Shown piece by piece: positions 41,052 to 52,082 of a stretch of 64,000 bases of DNA. The notes beneath the pieces are model-generated. The model was not told the origin of the DNA. It did no database searches and was given only the letters and a program-made list of their open reading frames with translations. The position numbers and the translations under genes are program-made. Position 1 is the stretch's first letter; each line of letters begins with the position of its first letter. Origin of the DNA: an uncultured Acidobacteriota bacterium (lineage in GTDB: Bacteria; Acidobacteriota; JAQAZP01); contig CAWIIB010000001.1 of assembly GCA_963836075.1 (NCBI GenBank), forward strand, positions 1,088,001 through 1,152,000, read 5' to 3'.

Positions 41052-43721
41052 ATGATTCAGTTCAACAGAATCCGGAAGTCGGCCACATTCGCTCTGGCCT
41101 TCATCCTCGCCCTCTCCCTGCCCTGTCTCGCGGACGGGCCGGAATCATTCTCAACGATCCACCTGAAATACCAACTGTTCAGCCCGGCTGACGGCGAGCC
41201 GGACATGCCGGCGACACTGAAAGCCGACAGCGGAAACCCGGTCCGCCTGGTCCAGGTGACCGGCCCGCTGACCTCGGAGGAAATCCTCTCCCTCGAAGCC
41301 GCCGGTGCCACACTCCTCGGATACATGCAGGAAAACACCTATATCGCCCAGGTACCTGGAAGTGCGCTCAAGACCCTCGAGACCTTGCCCGTTGTGGTCT
41401 GGACCGGTCACTACCACCCGGCCTACAAGATCCAGTCCGGCCTGCTCCAGCGCGGCGAGGAGCGGATCGAGGTAAACATGGTGATCTTCCGCCAGCTGGA
41501 CGACGAGGCCCGGCGTGATGAGATCCACACCGCGGTGAGCAGCCTCGGTGGGGAAATCACGGCCGAGGATCAGTGGTCGATGACGATGCGCGCCCTGGTG
41601 CCCCCGGCCGCGGTTGCCGACCTGGCTGCCCTGCCCCAGATCAGCTGGATCGACCGCTACGATCCGCCGGTGACCAACATGAACAACATCCGCATCAGCA
41701 CCGGCGCAACCACCGCCTGGAGCGGCGGGTACAACGGCACCGGCATCGTCGGCGAAGTCAAGGACAACGGCATCGAGCAGGGCCACCCCGACTTCGGCAA
41801 CCTGATCGGAACCTATGGGGGCCCGACGGTGGACTCCCACGGCACGTGCACCTTCGGCATCGTCTTCGGTGACGGCAGCGGCAGCGGCAACGCCAGCGGC
41901 ATGATGCCCGACGGCGGCGGCGTGTTCTGCGACTGGTATGCCAGCCGCGGCGCCTCGCTGAACAACCTGGTCAACACCTGGGGCGGTGTATTCCAGTCGA
42001 ACAGCTGGAGCCAGGGCTGGACCGACAGTGACTACAACAGCTACTCCCAGGAGGACGACCAGGCCATCGTCGACTACGACGCGATGATGTTCTACTCGGC
42101 CAGCAACAGCAACTACGGCGTGGGCTCCGAGACCTGCTCGGTGGATGCCGCGGCCAAGAACACCGTGGCCGTGGGCGCCGTGTTCCACCAGAATACCTCC
42201 ACGCTCACTGACGACCAGTGGGAAAACCACGGTTCCGGCAACACGCCGGGCCAGGGCCCGGCGGCCGACGGCCGAATCAAGCCCGACCTCTGCGGGTTCT
42301 TCGACTGGATCTACTGCACCGACCGCACCGGCTCATCCGGTTACTCCTACACCAACTACTACGATGACTTCGGCGGCACCAGCGGGGCCTGCCCCATCGT
42401 GGCCGGCGGAGCCGGCCTGGCCTACGAGATGTACGAGGCCAATCACTTCGGGAACAACCCGGGGGGCGGCACCCCGCACTCGGCCACGATCAAGGCGATG
42501 CTTATCGCCAATGCCTATCAGTACAGCCTCTCCGACGCCACCCGCTACCAGCAGGGCTGGGGCCTGGTGGACGTGGACCGGATTTACGATGCCGGCCCCA
42601 ACATGTTCATCCAGGACGGCGGCAACCCGCTGAGCACCGGCCAGAGCTGGTCCACCGCGGTGGAGCGCCAGAGCGCCGGCGAACCGATGAAGATCAGCCT
42701 GGTCTGGAATGACGAGCCCGGCGAGTCCTCCAGCTCCAAGGCACTGATCAACGACCTCGACCTCACCGTCACCTCACCCGGCGGCACTGTCTACCGCGGC
42801 AACGTGGGTCTGGTGAACAACCTGTGGTCATCCTCCGGCGGCTCCTCGGACCGGCTGAACAACGTGGAGAACGTCTTCATCCAGAATCCCGAATCCGGGA
42901 CCTGGACCATCCAGGTCAGCGCCTACAACGTGGCCCAGGACAACGACCCGGCCGGTGGAGTCAACCAGGACTTCTCGGTGGTGGCCTCGATGGTCTACGG
43001 CAGCTGCCTCGACGACATCTACGAGCCGAACAACAGCTTCGCCACGGCGGCCGCACCCTTCGGCGGCACGATCAGCGAGCTGCGGATCTGCGATGGGGAC
43101 GAGGATTATTTCAGCTTCTACGCCGAGGCGGGAAACAACATCCAGGTGGACATCGACTTCATCCACGCTGACGGTGACCTCAGCCTCTACCTTTACGGCC
43201 CGAGCCAGTCGCTGCTGGACAGTTCCACAACCTCCACCGATGGAGAGACCGTCTCGGCCACCGCGGTGAGCGCCACCGGAGACTACTTCGCGCGGGTCAT
43301 CGGGGTCGGCAGCGCGGAGAACACCTACGACCTGACCACCACGGTGGCCGGCCTGGCCCAGACGATCCATACCGACCTCGGCTGTATTCCCGACACGGGC
43401 AACCTGCCCTACGTCGTGCAGCTCTGGTCCTCGTTGTGCAACGACAACAACATCACCCGCCGTATCGCCGGCCACCTCGATGTCCAGATCGCCAGCGGCA
43501 CCAACTACTTCAACTGGCGGGCGGGATACACCAATGTCGCTCCCGGCAGCTGCTACCTCGGCATCATCGGTGTCAACCTGCCGTCCCTGGGGTCGCTGGT
43601 GGGTGTCAATACCTTCACCCTGGTGGGTGAGGATGTCACCGCCGCCCCGTACAACCAGCCGCCATATTCGCCGTCGGGCGACACCGACATCAGCATCTGC
43701 ACCTCCACCGCTTCCAACTAG
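41052..43721 (+). CDS. Secreted subtilisin-like S8 peptidase with PPC-like domain and YNQPP C-terminal domain
   Basis: Catalytic motifs VKDNG, HGT, GTSGACP; DGRIKPD; NDLDL..NNVE. Confidence 0.9.
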   Translation: MIQFNRIRKSATFALAFILALSLPCLADGPESFSTIHLKYQLFSPADGEPDMPATLKADSGNPVRLVQVTGPLTSEEILSLEAAGATLLGYMQENTYIAQVPGSALKTLETLPVVVWTGHYHPAYKIQSGLLQRGEERIEVNMVIFRQLDDEARRDEIHTAVSSLGGEITAEDQWSMTMRALVPPAAVADLAALPQISWIDRYDPPVTNMNNIRISTGATTAWSGGYNGTGIVGEVKDNGIEQGHPDFGNLIGTYGGPTVDSHGTCTFGIVFGDGSGSGNASGMMPDGGGVFCDWYASRGASLNNLVNTWGGVFQSNSWSQGWTDSDYNSYSQEDDQAIVDYDAMMFYSASNSNYGVGSETCSVDAAAKNTVAVGAVFHQNTSTLTDDQWENHGSGNTPGQGPAADGRIKPDLCGFFDWIYCTDRTGSSGYSYTNYYDDFGGTSGACPIVAGGAGLAYEMYEANHFGNNPGGGTPHSATIKAMLIANAYQYSLSDATRYQQGWGLVDVDRIYDAGPNMFIQDGGNPLSTGQSWSTAVERQSAGEPMKISLVWNDEPGESSSSKALINDLDLTVTSPGGTVYRGNVGLVNNLWSSSGGSSDRLNNVENVFIQNPESGTWTIQVSAYNVAQDNDPAGGVNQDFSVVASMVYGSCLDDIYEPNNSFATAAAPFGGTISELRICDGDEDYFSFYAEAGNNIQVDIDFIHADGDLSLYLYGPSQSLLDSSTTSTDGETVSATAVSATGDYFARVIGVGSAENTYDLTTTVAGLAQTIHTDLGCIPDTGNLPYVVQLWSSLCNDNNITRRIAGHLDVQIASGTNYFNWRAGYTNVAPGSCYLGIIGVNLPSLGSLVGVNTFTLVGEDVTAAPYNQPPYSPSGDTDISICTSTASN

Positions 43722-43751
43722 CGGCAAAACGCAGCGCTGACCGGCAACACC

Positions 43752-43784
43752 AGCCCCATCCCCTGACCGGGGGTGGGGCTTTTT
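43752..43784 (+). terminator. Rho-independent terminator
   Basis: AGCCCCATCCCC..GGGGTGGGGCTTTTT. Confidence 0.8.
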
Positions 43785-43812
43785 GATGTACTGAACGAGA
43801 GGAGATCCGGTG

Positions 43813-45099
43813 TCAGACTGTGGCACCGAAGTAGAAGGAGAAGATTGCCAGGTCTTCACCATCGATGACGCCGTTGCGGTCGAAGTCGGCGGATCCGAGG
43901 TAGCGGAGATCGCCCTCTCCCGCACCGAAGGCGGCACCGATCATTGAGAGGTCGATGCCGTCCACCCGGCCCGAGCCGTCCAGGTCGCAGACCGCGGCGT
44001 AGCTGGCGTAGTGGTAGCCCATGTCCGGCGCACCCACGTCGGGCCCGCCGTCGGTACGGGTGGTGCCTCCCGGGGAGGATGTGCCCGGGTCGCCGGTGTC
44101 GAGACAGGGGCTGTCCGCCGCCTGCCCGGCCGCCACCTGGCTCAGGTAGTAGTTGCCCTCAGGCCCAGCGGCAAAGAGCGGGTCGGCGTCGATGCAGCCG
44201 GCGCCGGGAGGATCTTCATGGGCGAGGTCGCAGTATCTGATCACGGGGCTGCCGTACTCGTCGTAGACCGATGGGCCGGGATTCCAGATGATGCAGTTGA
44301 TCAACCGCGGGGAGCAGTCCGAACCGACATAGACATGGCCGTAAAACTCATAACTGTGACGGTTTCCCGCAATCGTATTATTGATCATCAGTGGGGAAGA
44401 GCCATCCCACATGGAGATTGTGGAACCGTAGAGACACTCGTTGTCATAGAGCAGATTGTTGATGATGGTGGGTGATGACCCGCGCCGCATCCGAAAACCC
44501 ACATCGCCGTCCCTGGACACTCCCATGCCGGTGATCACGTTGTCGATGATCAGCGGTGACGAGCCGAGGTTGGAGAAAATCGCGCTGATATTTGGTCCGC
44601 CGCAATTCCGGATCAAATTGCACTCGATCACCGGGGATGCTTCGTCGCCGCAGTAGATTACGGCGGAAGCGTAGGTCGAACTCTCCTCCATGATGCAGTG
44701 CCGGATCGTGGGTGAGGTGGAGATGCAGGTTATGGCTGTCCCGATGGTCCACTCATTCGATTCTCCGTCATGGATGGTTACGCCCTCCAGCACCGAAAGC
44801 TGCCCCTCGCCGCTCTGGAAGATGAACCCGAACCCCTCCCTTTGGCAGTCGATGATGCAATGCTCGGCCCCGTTCTCCGATCTCACCGTAATCGCCTTGC
44901 CCTTGAAGTCGAGGTCGCGGTTGTCCGGCCCGATATAGGTGCCGGATGCGATGACCACCGTGTCACCCGGCTGGGCCGCATCGATGCCGTCCTGGATCGT
45001 GGGCTGGTGGGCAGGAACGTGAATCTCGGCAGCAGGAGATATGGTGAGGGAGATGAGGATGAGAACGAATATAAATGCGGAAACAGATCTTATGGCCAT
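43813..45099 (-). CDS. Secreted beta-helix protein with dockerin-like/EF-hand C-terminus (paralog 1)
   Basis: TIQDGIDAA, DFKGKAITVRSE; DLDGSGRVDGIDL..DFDRNGVIDGEDL. Confidence 0.85.
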   Translation of the reverse strand: MAIRSVSAFIFVLILISLTISPAAEIHVPAHQPTIQDGIDAAQPGDTVVIASGTYIGPDNRDLDFKGKAITVRSENGAEHCIIDCQREGFGFIFQSGEGQLSVLEGVTIHDGESNEWTIGTAITCISTSPTIRHCIMEESSTYASAVIYCGDEASPVIECNLIRNCGGPNISAIFSNLGSSPLIIDNVITGMGVSRDGDVGFRMRRGSSPTIINNLLYDNECLYGSTISMWDGSSPLMINNTIAGNRHSYEFYGHVYVGSDCSPRLINCIIWNPGPSVYDEYGSPVIRYCDLAHEDPPGAGCIDADPLFAAGPEGNYYLSQVAAGQAADSPCLDTGDPGTSSPGGTTRTDGGPDVGAPDMGYHYASYAAVCDLDGSGRVDGIDLSMIGAAFGAGEGDLRYLGSADFDRNGVIDGEDLAIFSFYFGATV

Positions 45100-45144
45100 G
45101 GTTTCGATCTCGATGTTGTAAGTCTGGGCGTCGTTTCAATGCCC

Positions 45145-46425
45145 TCAAATGGTGGCGCCGAAGTAGAAGGAAAAGATCACCAGGTCATCACCGTCAATCA
45201 CGCCGCTGCGGTCGAAATCGGCTGAAGCGTTGTACCGGGGCTCGCCCTCGGACGCGCCGAAAGCCGAACCGATGATGGAAAGGTCGATGCCGTCCACCCG
45301 GCCCGACCCGTCCAGGTCGCAGACCGAGGCGTAGCTCGAGTAGTGGTAGCCCATGTCGGGGTGGCCGACGTCAGGGCCATCATCCGTGCGTGTCGTGCCA
45401 CCCGGCGATGACGTCCCCGGGTCGCCGGCGTCGATACAGGGGCTGTCCGCGTCCTGCCCGGCGGCCGTCTGCCTGAGGTAGTAATCGCCCAGCGGGCCGG
45501 AAACGAAGAGCGGGTCGGCCTTGATGCAGCCGGGGCCTGGTGGGTCGACCCACTCAATATCGCAGTAGCGAATGACCGGGCTGCCGCCATACTGATAACC
45601 AATCGCATTGCTGTTCCAGATGATGCAGTTGACGAGCTCGGGAGAGCAACCGTCGTAGATCTCGACAGCGTAGGACGGACCGTAGCATTCATTGTCCACG
45701 ATGGTATTGTTGATGAGGAGTGGAGACGAGTCGTAGACCATGCCGATGACTGAGCCTTCGACGAATGTATTCCCGAAGAACAGGTTGTTGATTACCGTGG
45801 GCGACGACCCCTTCCAGGCCCAGAGTCCTACAGCACCATCCCGGCAGTAAATACCGGTGACCTGGTTTTCCGTAACCAGCGGTGAGGATCCATTCTCACA
45901 GTAGAAGGCGCTGGTCTGAAGCCCCATGCAGTCCCTGACGATGTTATGCTTGATGATTGGAGATGCACCATTACCGCAATAAATCACGCCCTTGTTATAG
46001 CTGCTGCAGTTCTGGAGGACATTGTCGCGAATACTCGGAGACGACCCGAGGCAGATGATGCCGTCCCCGGAACCCCAGGACCGGTCGTGCCCATCATTAA
46101 TGGTGACGCCCTCGAGAACCGAACCCTGCCCCTCGCCCTCCTGGAAGATGAAACCAAACCCCTCCCCCTGGCAATCGATGATGCAGGTTTCAGCACCGCT
46201 CTCCGATCTCACCGTGATCGCCTTGCCCTTGAAGTCGATGTCGCGGTTGTCCGGTCCGATGTAGGTCCCTGGGGACAGGATCACCGTATCTCCGGGTTGC
46301 GCAGCATCGATTCCTTCCTGAATGGTGGGCTGGTCGGCGGGTACCCGTATTTCAGCTGCCGGTGCGGGCGTGGGTGAACAAAGGAGGAGGGCAAGCAGCA
46401 GCAGGATGGTGATCCTCACGGCCAT
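45145..46425 (-). CDS. Secreted beta-helix protein with dockerin-like/EF-hand C-terminus (paralog 2)
   Basis: Tandem paralog of 43813..45099 with the same architecture. Confidence 0.85.
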   Translation of the reverse strand: MAVRITILLLLALLLCSPTPAPAAEIRVPADQPTIQEGIDAAQPGDTVILSPGTYIGPDNRDIDFKGKAITVRSESGAETCIIDCQGEGFGFIFQEGEGQGSVLEGVTINDGHDRSWGSGDGIICLGSSPSIRDNVLQNCSSYNKGVIYCGNGASPIIKHNIVRDCMGLQTSAFYCENGSSPLVTENQVTGIYCRDGAVGLWAWKGSSPTVINNLFFGNTFVEGSVIGMVYDSSPLLINNTIVDNECYGPSYAVEIYDGCSPELVNCIIWNSNAIGYQYGGSPVIRYCDIEWVDPPGPGCIKADPLFVSGPLGDYYLRQTAAGQDADSPCIDAGDPGTSSPGGTTRTDDGPDVGHPDMGYHYSSYASVCDLDGSGRVDGIDLSIIGSAFGASEGEPRYNASADFDRSGVIDGDDLVIFSFYFGATI

Positions 46426-46550
46426 GGCTTCATACTCCATTTTATCAGTCAAGGGAATCAGGCCCCATGGACCCTGATGTTCATATCGTAAATATATATT
46501 GCCTGCACAGTATGGGCAAGTGAGAGGGAGAGGAAATATCCAATCGAGAA

Positions 46551-48374
46551 CTACCGCGCGGCCAGCTGCCGCAGCAGGGCCCGGAACTCGTCCCGGGAAC
46601 GGAAGAGCAGGGTGTGCGCCTCGCGGTCGCCGTGGCTCAGGGGCAGGGGCGGGATTTTCTGCTGCAACTTGGCGTTGAACATGGCGATCAGTTCCATCAC
46701 CTGGCGCTGGGTCATACCCGAGTCCACCCGGTAGCGGTTGCCGTCGAGCATGTCCAGGTCACCGGGCCACTTGGTGGAGTCGTGTTTGCGGCCCGGCAGG
46801 TCACCCTCCGGGTCACCGATGGTCACCCCGTATTCCTCGGGGGTGGTACCCACCTTGGAGCAGGAGTCGAGAGCGAACGGTTCAAGGGCGTAGAGGCAGT
46901 TCAACTCGATGATCTTCTCCTTGATCTCAAGGATAAAGGCCAGGGTCTCGAGCGCTTCATCGGCGGTTTCGGTGGGGAAACCCACCATGCAGAAGAGGTC
47001 CACCGCGATGCCGGCGTCGAGGCAGTTATGGGTCACCTGCCTGGTCACGTCCACCGTGGTTCCCTTGTCCATCCGTTCCAGCACCCGCTGGGAGGCCGAT
47101 TCCAGCCCGAACCAGATGGAGCGGCAACCCGACTCGACCAACTGGCTGCAGAATTCCGGGGTGAACGATTTGGTGTAGCGGGTGTAGCAGGTCCAGTTGA
47201 TCTCCAGGTTCCGGTCGATCAGCCCGCGGGAGATCTCACGCAGCGAACGCACCGGGATGGAGTTGTCCACCAGCACGATGTGCGAGGTGCCGTATTTCTC
47301 CTTGAGCGCCCGGATATCCTCCAGCACCACGTCCGGCTTACGGTAGCGGAACGACTCACCCAGCTTGAAATGGCTGCAAAAAGCGCAGCGGGCCCAGGGG
47401 CAGCCGCGGGAGGTCTCCAGCGGCAGCACCGGCAGCGGACTGAGATAACGGTCCAGGGGCATGCCGTCAAAATCGGGCAGGGGCAGGGCATTCAGGTCTT
47501 CGGCACCGGCCTTCGGATTTTCGACAATCATACCGGGGTCCGGCAGTTCGGATTGTGGCTGCTGCCAGTCACGGCGCCAGAAGAGGTTGGGCACATGCTC
47601 GAGGTTGCGGTCGCCGGCCATGGCCTGGGCCAGCCGCAGCAGCGCGGTCTCCCCCTCCCCCACCACGTAGCCGTCCACCCAGCGGTAGAGCAGGGCGTTC
47701 TCCAGCAGCTGACCGGTGAAGCGGTTGAAGGTGTTGCCACCCACCACCACCAGCGTCCTGGGCAGTTCCTCCTTGATCAGCCGGGCCAGGGTGAAGGCGC
47801 CGATGGACTGGTTCACCGAGGAGACCGAGAGGCCCACCACCGCGGGGTTCGCCGACTTCAGCCGGGGGACGCTCACCGCCCGGTAGTAGTCGAGGAACGG
47901 GTTCTCCTCCTCGTCCAGCGCCGCGGCGGCCATGGCTTTGGATGAACCGGATGGGTAGCGCATGCTGAAGGAGTAGAGCCCCATCTTGGTCCGGCCGTAC
48001 GCCGCAGAGGCCACCCGGACCGTCCGGTCTAGCACCGCGCGGGCGCCGTGAAAGCGCTGCAGGTGGAAAAACTGTTCGGGGTCCCGGATCACCCGGCAGG
48101 CTTCATCCACCCGCCCGGACAGTCCGGGCAACTCTTCCAGGGCCTGGATCGCCCGCTCCTCGCCCCGGGCCGCCCGTTGCTCGAGACGGGGACGGATCAC
48201 TCCCTCGAGATGCGGCCGGCTGAGCAGGAGATGGTAGTAATCGATGTTGTCGTCGCAGAGCAGGGTGGCAATGCCCTCGCTGCGCAGTTGAGCGGCCAGC
48301 GCCGGTAGTGCGAGATAGGGCTGCTTGGGGTCCCAGACCGGGGGGAAAACCAGAGCGACGTGCCAATCCTGCAT
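46551..48374 (-). CDS. B12-binding domain radical SAM protein
   Basis: SRGCPWARCAFC, VGEGE, GLES, MVGFPTET. Confidence 0.9.
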   Translation of the reverse strand: MQDWHVALVFPPVWDPKQPYLALPALAAQLRSEGIATLLCDDNIDYYHLLLSRPHLEGVIRPRLEQRAARGEERAIQALEELPGLSGRVDEACRVIRDPEQFFHLQRFHGARAVLDRTVRVASAAYGRTKMGLYSFSMRYPSGSSKAMAAAALDEEENPFLDYYRAVSVPRLKSANPAVVGLSVSSVNQSIGAFTLARLIKEELPRTLVVVGGNTFNRFTGQLLENALLYRWVDGYVVGEGETALLRLAQAMAGDRNLEHVPNLFWRRDWQQPQSELPDPGMIVENPKAGAEDLNALPLPDFDGMPLDRYLSPLPVLPLETSRGCPWARCAFCSHFKLGESFRYRKPDVVLEDIRALKEKYGTSHIVLVDNSIPVRSLREISRGLIDRNLEINWTCYTRYTKSFTPEFCSQLVESGCRSIWFGLESASQRVLERMDKGTTVDVTRQVTHNCLDAGIAVDLFCMVGFPTETADEALETLAFILEIKEKIIELNCLYALEPFALDSCSKVGTTPEEYGVTIGDPEGDLPGRKHDSTKWPGDLDMLDGNRYRVDSGMTQRQVMELIAMFNAKLQQKIPPLPLSHGDREAHTLLFRSRDEFRALLRQLAAR

Positions 48375-48557
48375 GAACTTGCCCTTTCTCCAGTGAATCG
48401 GGCCGGCTCGTCCACGGCCGGCGACCCTTTCATTCTAACAGACCACCCGGCGGCTGGTCACCTCGCTCCACCGCGACCCGATTGCGTTTTGACATTTCGG
48501 GGCCATGGAACTACTGTTGTTGTTCAACGTAAACCACACAATCTGACAGGTGCCCTG

Positions 48558-51500
48558 ATGCGGAAAAGCGGTTTCTTTCTTTCGATACTCACAGTTCTTG
48601 CTCTCCTCCTTGCCGCTCCCGCGGCATCGGCAAGCGAGGCGATGATCCACCACCAGGTGACGGCCCGTCTGGACCCGGAAAACCACGGCATTGCGGCCTC
48701 TGACCTGGTCACCATCCCGGCCGGCCTGTTGGGCGTGGACCTGCACTTCCTGCTGGCCAGCGACCTTTCGGCATCTTCGGCCACTCCCGGTGTGAGCATC
48801 CTCCTCGAGGAGAGCGGTGTCAGTGCCGGCGACGTGGGCATGGACCGTGAGGAGTTCGACGATTCCTCGGTCATCGCCAGGAAACGGTACAGTGTGATTT
48901 TCGACACGCCGCCGGCCGGTGACACACAGTTCCAGGTCGACCTCGAGGGGACGATCAACTACCCCATCACGTCACCGGAGGAGGAATACTCCCGCGGGTT
49001 CAGCCAGACCCCGGGAATCATCGAAGCGCGCGGCGCCTTCCTCGGCGGGTCCACCTGGTGGGTGCCGGCATTCGAAGACCAGCTGTTCACCTTTGAACTG
49101 ACCACCGACCTGCCCGAAGGATGGGACTCGGTGAGCCAGGGCACGCGCACACGGCACGAGGCCGTGGATGGGCGGCGACTCACCACCTGGGACTGCCCCG
49201 ACCCCATGGAGGAGATCTACCTGGTGGCCGCCCCCTTCACCGAGTATGGCCTCGACGCCGGCAAGGTCAGGGTGATGGCCTTTTTGCGCACCCCGGACGA
49301 GAACCTGGCCAACAAGTATCTGGAAACCACGGCCCAGTATCTGGAGATGTATCGCCAGTTGATCGGGCCCTTCCCCTTCACCAAATTCGCCCTGGTGGAA
49401 AACTTCTGGCCCACCGGCTACGGCATGCCCTCCTTCACCCTGCTGGGCGAACAGATCATCCGCTTCCCCTTCATCCTCCACTCGTCCTATCCCCACGAGC
49501 TGCTGCACAACTGGTGGGGCAACAGTGTCTATGTCGACTTCACCAGCGGCAACTGGTGCGAAGGGCTCACCGCCTACCTCGCCGACCATTTGATCAAGGA
49601 GCAGCGCGGCCAGGGGGATGACTATCGGCGCTCCACCCTCCAGGGCTACACCGACTACGTGAACAGCGGCAACGACTTCCCGCTGAGCGAGTTCCTCTCC
49701 CGCCACGACGCCTCCTCCCAGGCGGTGGGTTACGGCAAATGCCTGATGCTCTGCGAGATGCTGCGCGAGAAGGTCGGCGATGAGGCTTTTGTTCAGGGGC
49801 TGCAAATCTTCTACCGCGACAACCGCTGGGAGCAGGCCTCCTTTGACGACCTGCGTCTGGCCTTTGAATCGGCATCCGGCCAGGAGCTGGGCGACTTCTT
49901 CAAGCAATGGGTTGAACGGCCCGGAGCTCCGTCGTTGCAATTGACCGGAGCCGCTGTGGCCAGGGAAGGTGACTCGTACCGGCTCTCCTTCACCATCGAA
50001 CAGACCCAGAACGATGCGCCCTTCCGGCTACAGGTGCCGGTGGCCGTATCCTTCGGCCACGGGATCGAGAAGCGGGTGGTGGACCTGGATGCCCCATCGG
50101 AGAGCGTCGATTTCCTCTTCGAAGATGAGCCGCTGCTGGTGCAGGTGGATCAGGCCTTTAACGTCTTCCGCACCCTGCACCACAACGAGATCCCTCCCTC
50201 GTTCTCCAAGATATTCGGCGCGGAGAAGACCCTGATCCTGCTACCTTCGGCCGCGGACGCCGAACAGCTGGCGCGGTATCGCCAGCTGGCCGAGGCCTGG
50301 TGCGGCGACGGGGAAGACAGTCCGGTGCTGCGGTTGGACAGCGAGGTGGGTGGTCTTCCCGCGGACCAGGCCGTCTGGATATTCGGCGAGGAGAACATCC
50401 ACAAACCTGTGGTCCTGGACGGCATAACGGCATATGACACCGACGTTGGAGACAAGGAAGTACCGCTTCGCCAAAACGGTGCTGTCCCGGGAGGACGTCA
50501 GCGTTGTCATCGCGGCGCGCCACCCGGAGAACCCCAACCTGGCCGTGGCCTGGCTGACCATCGGCAATGACCAGGCCGGCCCCGGTCTGTCCCGCAAGCT
50601 GCCGCACTACGGCAAGTACAGCTACCTGGCTTTCGAGGGAGCGGAACCGACCAACGTGGCCAAGGGCCAGTGGCCGGCGGTGAACTCGCCGCTCAGCGCC
50701 GTCCTGGTGCCCGAAGGCTCGGCCCTGCCGGAGGAAATGCCGACGAAGCTGCCGGCCCGTGAAGCGCTGGCCACGCTGGCCACGCTCTTTTCCGCCGAAC
50801 GGATGACCGCGGTCATCGAACAGCTGGCTGCGGATGAGATGGAGGGCCGCGGCCTGGGTTCGGAGGGGATCCGCAAGGCCGCCGGCATCATTGCCGCCGG
50901 CTTCGAAGAGGCCGGGCTGCAGCCTCTCGGCGATGACGGCTCATGGTTCCAGAGCTGGAACGACACCGTGAACAGGGACGGCGCTACGGGCCCCGTGAAA
51001 AACGTGCTCGGTGTGATCCCGGGATCGAACCCCGATTTCGAGGGCCAGTCGGTGGTGCTCTGCGCGCACTACGACCACCTGGGGCTGGGCTGGCCCGATG
51101 TCCACACCGGGGACGAAGGCAAACTGCACCCCGGCGCCGACGACAACGCCAGCGGCGTGGCGGTGATGCTGGAACTGGCCAAAATGCTGGGCCGGAGCCT
51201 CAAGCCGTCCCGCGCAGTGATCTTCGCCGCCTTCACCGGTGAGGAGAGCGGCCTGAAAGGCTCACAGCACTTCGTGAAGACCGTGAAGCGCTACCCCGCG
51301 TCAAAGATCATCGGCGCAATCAACCTCGACACCGTGGGGCGCCTGGGGGACAGGAAACTGCTGGTGCTGAACAGCAACAGTGCCTCGGAGTGGAAGCACA
51401 TCTTCATGGGCTGCGGCTATGTCACCGGCGTTGAAGCGGAGATGGTGACCCAGGATCTCGACGCCAGCGACCAGAAGAGTTTTATCGACGCCGGCATCCC

Positions 51501-51966
51501 GGCGGTACAGATCTTCTCCGGTCCACACGATGACTACCACCGCCCCACCGACACCGCGGACAAGATCGACGGCGACGGTCTGGTCAAGGTGGCCTCATTC
51601 GTCAAGGAAGCCCTGCTCTACCTGGCCGAGCGGGAAGAGCCCATGTCCTTTGCCGGCAAAAAGCAGGAAGCCACCGCCGGTCTGGCACAACCCACGGGAA
51701 GCCGGCGGGCCAGCACCGGCAGCATGCCCGACTTCGCCTTCTCCGGCGAGGGGGTGCGTATCGGCGCGGTCTCCCCCGGTTCACCGGCGGAAGACGCAGG
51801 CCTGCTGACAGGAGACATCATCGTCCGCCTGGGCGATCAGGCGATCGCCAACCTGAAGGAATATTCCGACGCACTGAAGACCCACCAGCCCGGCGACACG
51901 GTGGACCTGGTCTACCTACGCGACGGGGCGGAACAGACGGTGTCTATCACGCTTGCTGAGCGCTAG
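48558..51966 (+). CDS. Secreted M1 aminopeptidase-M28 peptidase-PDZ fusion (frameshift near 50460)
   Basis: HELLH..NWCEG; AHYDHLG, GADDNASG, GEESG, DYHRPTD; C-terminal PDZ SPAEDAGL..GDII. Confidence 0.85.
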
Positions 51967-51983
51967 TCTGCCGGGGACTCTGC

Positions 51984-52047
51984 CGGGGACGTACATGAAT
52001 TTATGAATTTTTGCAGCCAAAAATTCATAAATTCATGTACGTCCCCG
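51984..52047. repeat. Perfect palindrome, 30-bp arms, 4-nt loop, between convergent genes
   Basis: CGGGGACGTACATGAATTTATGAATTTTTG-CAGC-CAAAAATTCATAAATTCATGTACGTCCCCG; tandem TCTGCCGGGGAC x2 at 51967-51990. Confidence 0.95.
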
Positions 52048-52082
52048 ATCTACCCTAAAAAAAGGCGTCGATCAGCCCTGGC

